Positions 5,843 to 7,256 of a stretch of 7,256 bases of DNA are shown here, piece by piece. The notes under the pieces were generated by a model that worked only from the letters and a program-made list of their open reading frames with translations, was not told the DNA's origin and did no database searches. Positions within the stretch are counted from its first letter, which is position 1, and every line of letters starts with the position of its first letter. Location: IMG/VR virus record IMGVR_UViG_3300011952_000021; one strand, written 5' to 3'. Position numbers and translations under genes: made by a program. Source of the DNA: a virus. Its lineage: Duplodnaviria; Heunggongvirae; Uroviricota; Caudoviricetes.

Positions 5843-5876
5843 CTAAAAGCCACACTAACTAATGAGAGAGGTTGAA

Positions 5877-7157
5877 ATGAAATATCCGACAGGCGTGGAA
5901 AACCATGGAGGGAAATTACGTATCTGGTTTGTTTATAAAGGCGTAAGAGTCAGGGAAAATCTGGGGGTTCCTGACACAGCAAAAAACAGGCGCGTTGCAG
6001 GTGAACTACGCGCCTCTGTTTGTTACGCAATAAAAACTGGTGTTTTCGACTATGCAAAACAGTTTCCCTCCTCACGCAATCTGGAAAAATTTGGTGAGGC
6101 CCGACAAGATTTAACCATAAAAGAACTGGCTGAAAAATTTCTGGCACTGAAAGAAACTGAAGTCGCCAAAACATCACTCAACACATACCGTGCCGTCATC
6201 AAAAATATCCTGAGCATAATCGGTGAAAAAAATCTTGCCTCATCGATTAATAAAGAAAAATTACTGGAGGTTCGTAAAGAGCTACTGACTGGATACCAGA
6301 TCCCCAAAAGTAACTATATTGTTACACAACCAGGGAGATCGGCTGTAACTGTAAATAATTACATGACAAATCTTAACGCCGTGTTCCAGTTTGGTGTTGA
6401 TAACGGTTACCTGCCAGATAATCCGTTTAAGGGGATCTCGCCATTAAAGGAATCAAGAACCATTCCGGATCCTCTTTCGCGGGAGGAATTTATCCGTCTT
6501 ATCGATGCGTGCAGAAATCAGCAAGCAAAAAATTTATGGTGTGTTTCTGTTTATACTGGCGTTCGCCCTGGTGAGCTGTGTGCACTTGGATGGGAGGACA
6601 TAGATCTGAAAAATGGAACAATGATGATCAGGAGAAATTTAGCAAAAGACCGTTTCACGGTACCAAAAACACAGGCGGGAACCAATCGGGTCATTCATCT
6701 TATTAAGCCAGCAATCGACGCTCTCCGGAGTCAGATGACATTAACGAGACTGAGCAAAGAGCATATCATTGATGTTCACCTCAGAGAGTATGGCAGAACA
6801 GAAAAACAAAAATGCACCTTTGTTTTTCAACCTGAAGTGTCAGCGAGAGTAAAAAATTATGGTGACCATTTTACCGTTGACTCAATAAGGCAGATGTGGG
6901 ACGCAGCGATAAAACGTGCCGGACTCCGCCATCGAAAATCATATCAGTCGAGACATACTTATGCCTGCTGGTCGCTGACAGCTGGTGCTAACCCGGCATT
7001 TATAGCAAACCAGATGGGCCATGCAGATGCGCAAATGGTATTTCAGGTATACGGAAAATGGATGTCTGAAAACAATAATGCACAGGTAGCTTTGTTAAAT
7101 ACACAGTTAAGCGAGTTTGCCCCAACCATGCCCCATAACGAAGCAATGAAAAATTAA
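5877..7157 (+). CDS. Lambda-family tyrosine integrase (site-specific recombinase, phage integrase family) with N-terminal arm-binding-type domain
   Basis: Track ORF 5862..7157; the preferred start is ATG 5877 (MKYPTG..) because SD GAGAGAGG lies at 5864-5871. C-terminal catalytic signature: R in VYTGVRPGE, then HRKSYQSRHTYACW (H-x-x-R/H box) and GHADAQMVFQVYGKW (His plus Tyr nucleophile). The xis-int order with int at the element edge is the lambda-like arrangement. Confidence 0.95.
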   Translation: MKYPTGVENHGGKLRIWFVYKGVRVRENLGVPDTAKNRRVAGELRASVCYAIKTGVFDYAKQFPSSRNLEKFGEARQDLTIKELAEKFLALKETEVAKTSLNTYRAVIKNILSIIGEKNLASSINKEKLLEVRKELLTGYQIPKSNYIVTQPGRSAVTVNNYMTNLNAVFQFGVDNGYLPDNPFKGISPLKESRTIPDPLSREEFIRLIDACRNQQAKNLWCVSVYTGVRPGELCALGWEDIDLKNGTMMIRRNLAKDRFTVPKTQAGTNRVIHLIKPAIDALRSQMTLTRLSKEHIIDVHLREYGRTEKQKCTFVFQPEVSARVKNYGDHFTVDSIRQMWDAAIKRAGLRHRKSYQSRHTYACWSLTAGANPAFIANQMGHADAQMVFQVYGKWMSENNNAQVALLNTQLSEFAPTMPHNEAMKN

Positions 7158-7158
7158 T

Positions 7159-7254
7159 TTAATATTTATCAAATAGTTGACACGTATGACTCTTGAAATC
7201 CATAAATTCAAGCGCAGTGCCCAGCCATCCCGATACTGCTGCTTTCACCAAATC
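7159..7254 (-). CDS. Possible 3' end of a convergent gene (host gene or att-restored terminus), last 31 codons only
   Basis: The reverse strand is stop-free from the window end to a TAA (complement of 7159-7161) just 2 nt beyond the integrase stop: ..DLVKAAVSGWLGTALEFMDFKSHTCQLFDKY*. It is very short and partial, and frame choice is uncertain because another reverse frame also reads ..GFGESSSIGMAGHCA*. Confidence 0.2.
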   Translation of the reverse strand, partial: DLVKAAVSGWLGTALEFMDFKSHTCQLFDKY

Positions 7255-7256
7255 CT

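Noticed and set aside
5862-5876. Integrase start at ATG 5862 (MREVEM..) as given by the ORF track
   Set aside because: No SD upstream of 5862, whereas GAGAGAGG sits 5 nt before ATG 5877; the shorter start is preferred. The longer start is not strictly excluded.
5950-6307. Minus-strand track ORFs 5950..6177 and 6050..6307 inside the integrase gene
   Set aside because: Antisense to a confidently identified tyrosine integrase; shadow ORFs.
1-7256. Search for tRNA, rRNA, IS elements or terminal inverted repeats marking a mobile element or att site
   Set aside because: No cloverleaf-like or rRNA-like sequence and no transposase-like ORF or terminal inverted repeats were recognisable by eye; the only mobility gene is the phage-type integrase.

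Overview
This window reads as the immunity-to-integrase arm of a mosaic Qin/Rac-like lambdoid prophage, probably defective, in an Enterobacteriaceae genome. All names come from reading motifs and gene order by eye; no searches were run, and comparisons to E. coli K-12 proteins are from memory. Layout, left to right: a partial Cro/DicC-like gene (-) divergent from a DicA-family repressor (+), with three copies of a TGTTAGA-N4-TCTAACA palindrome flanking the repressor. A + strand operon follows: YdfA-like 51 aa, a YdfB-like ORF with a competing antisense membrane ORF, a DicF-like sRNA, KilR-like 73 aa, YdaE-like 56 aa, RacC-like 91 aa. Then comes a ~870-aa RecE-like protein interrupted by two 10-N runs, an excisionase-like gene, and a lambda-family tyrosine integrase at the right edge. 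The most interesting point is that the RecE-like protein ends in a DEDDh (DnaQ-like) 3'-5' exonuclease domain and has no recT partner. No rRNA, tRNA, CRISPR array or IS element was seen.
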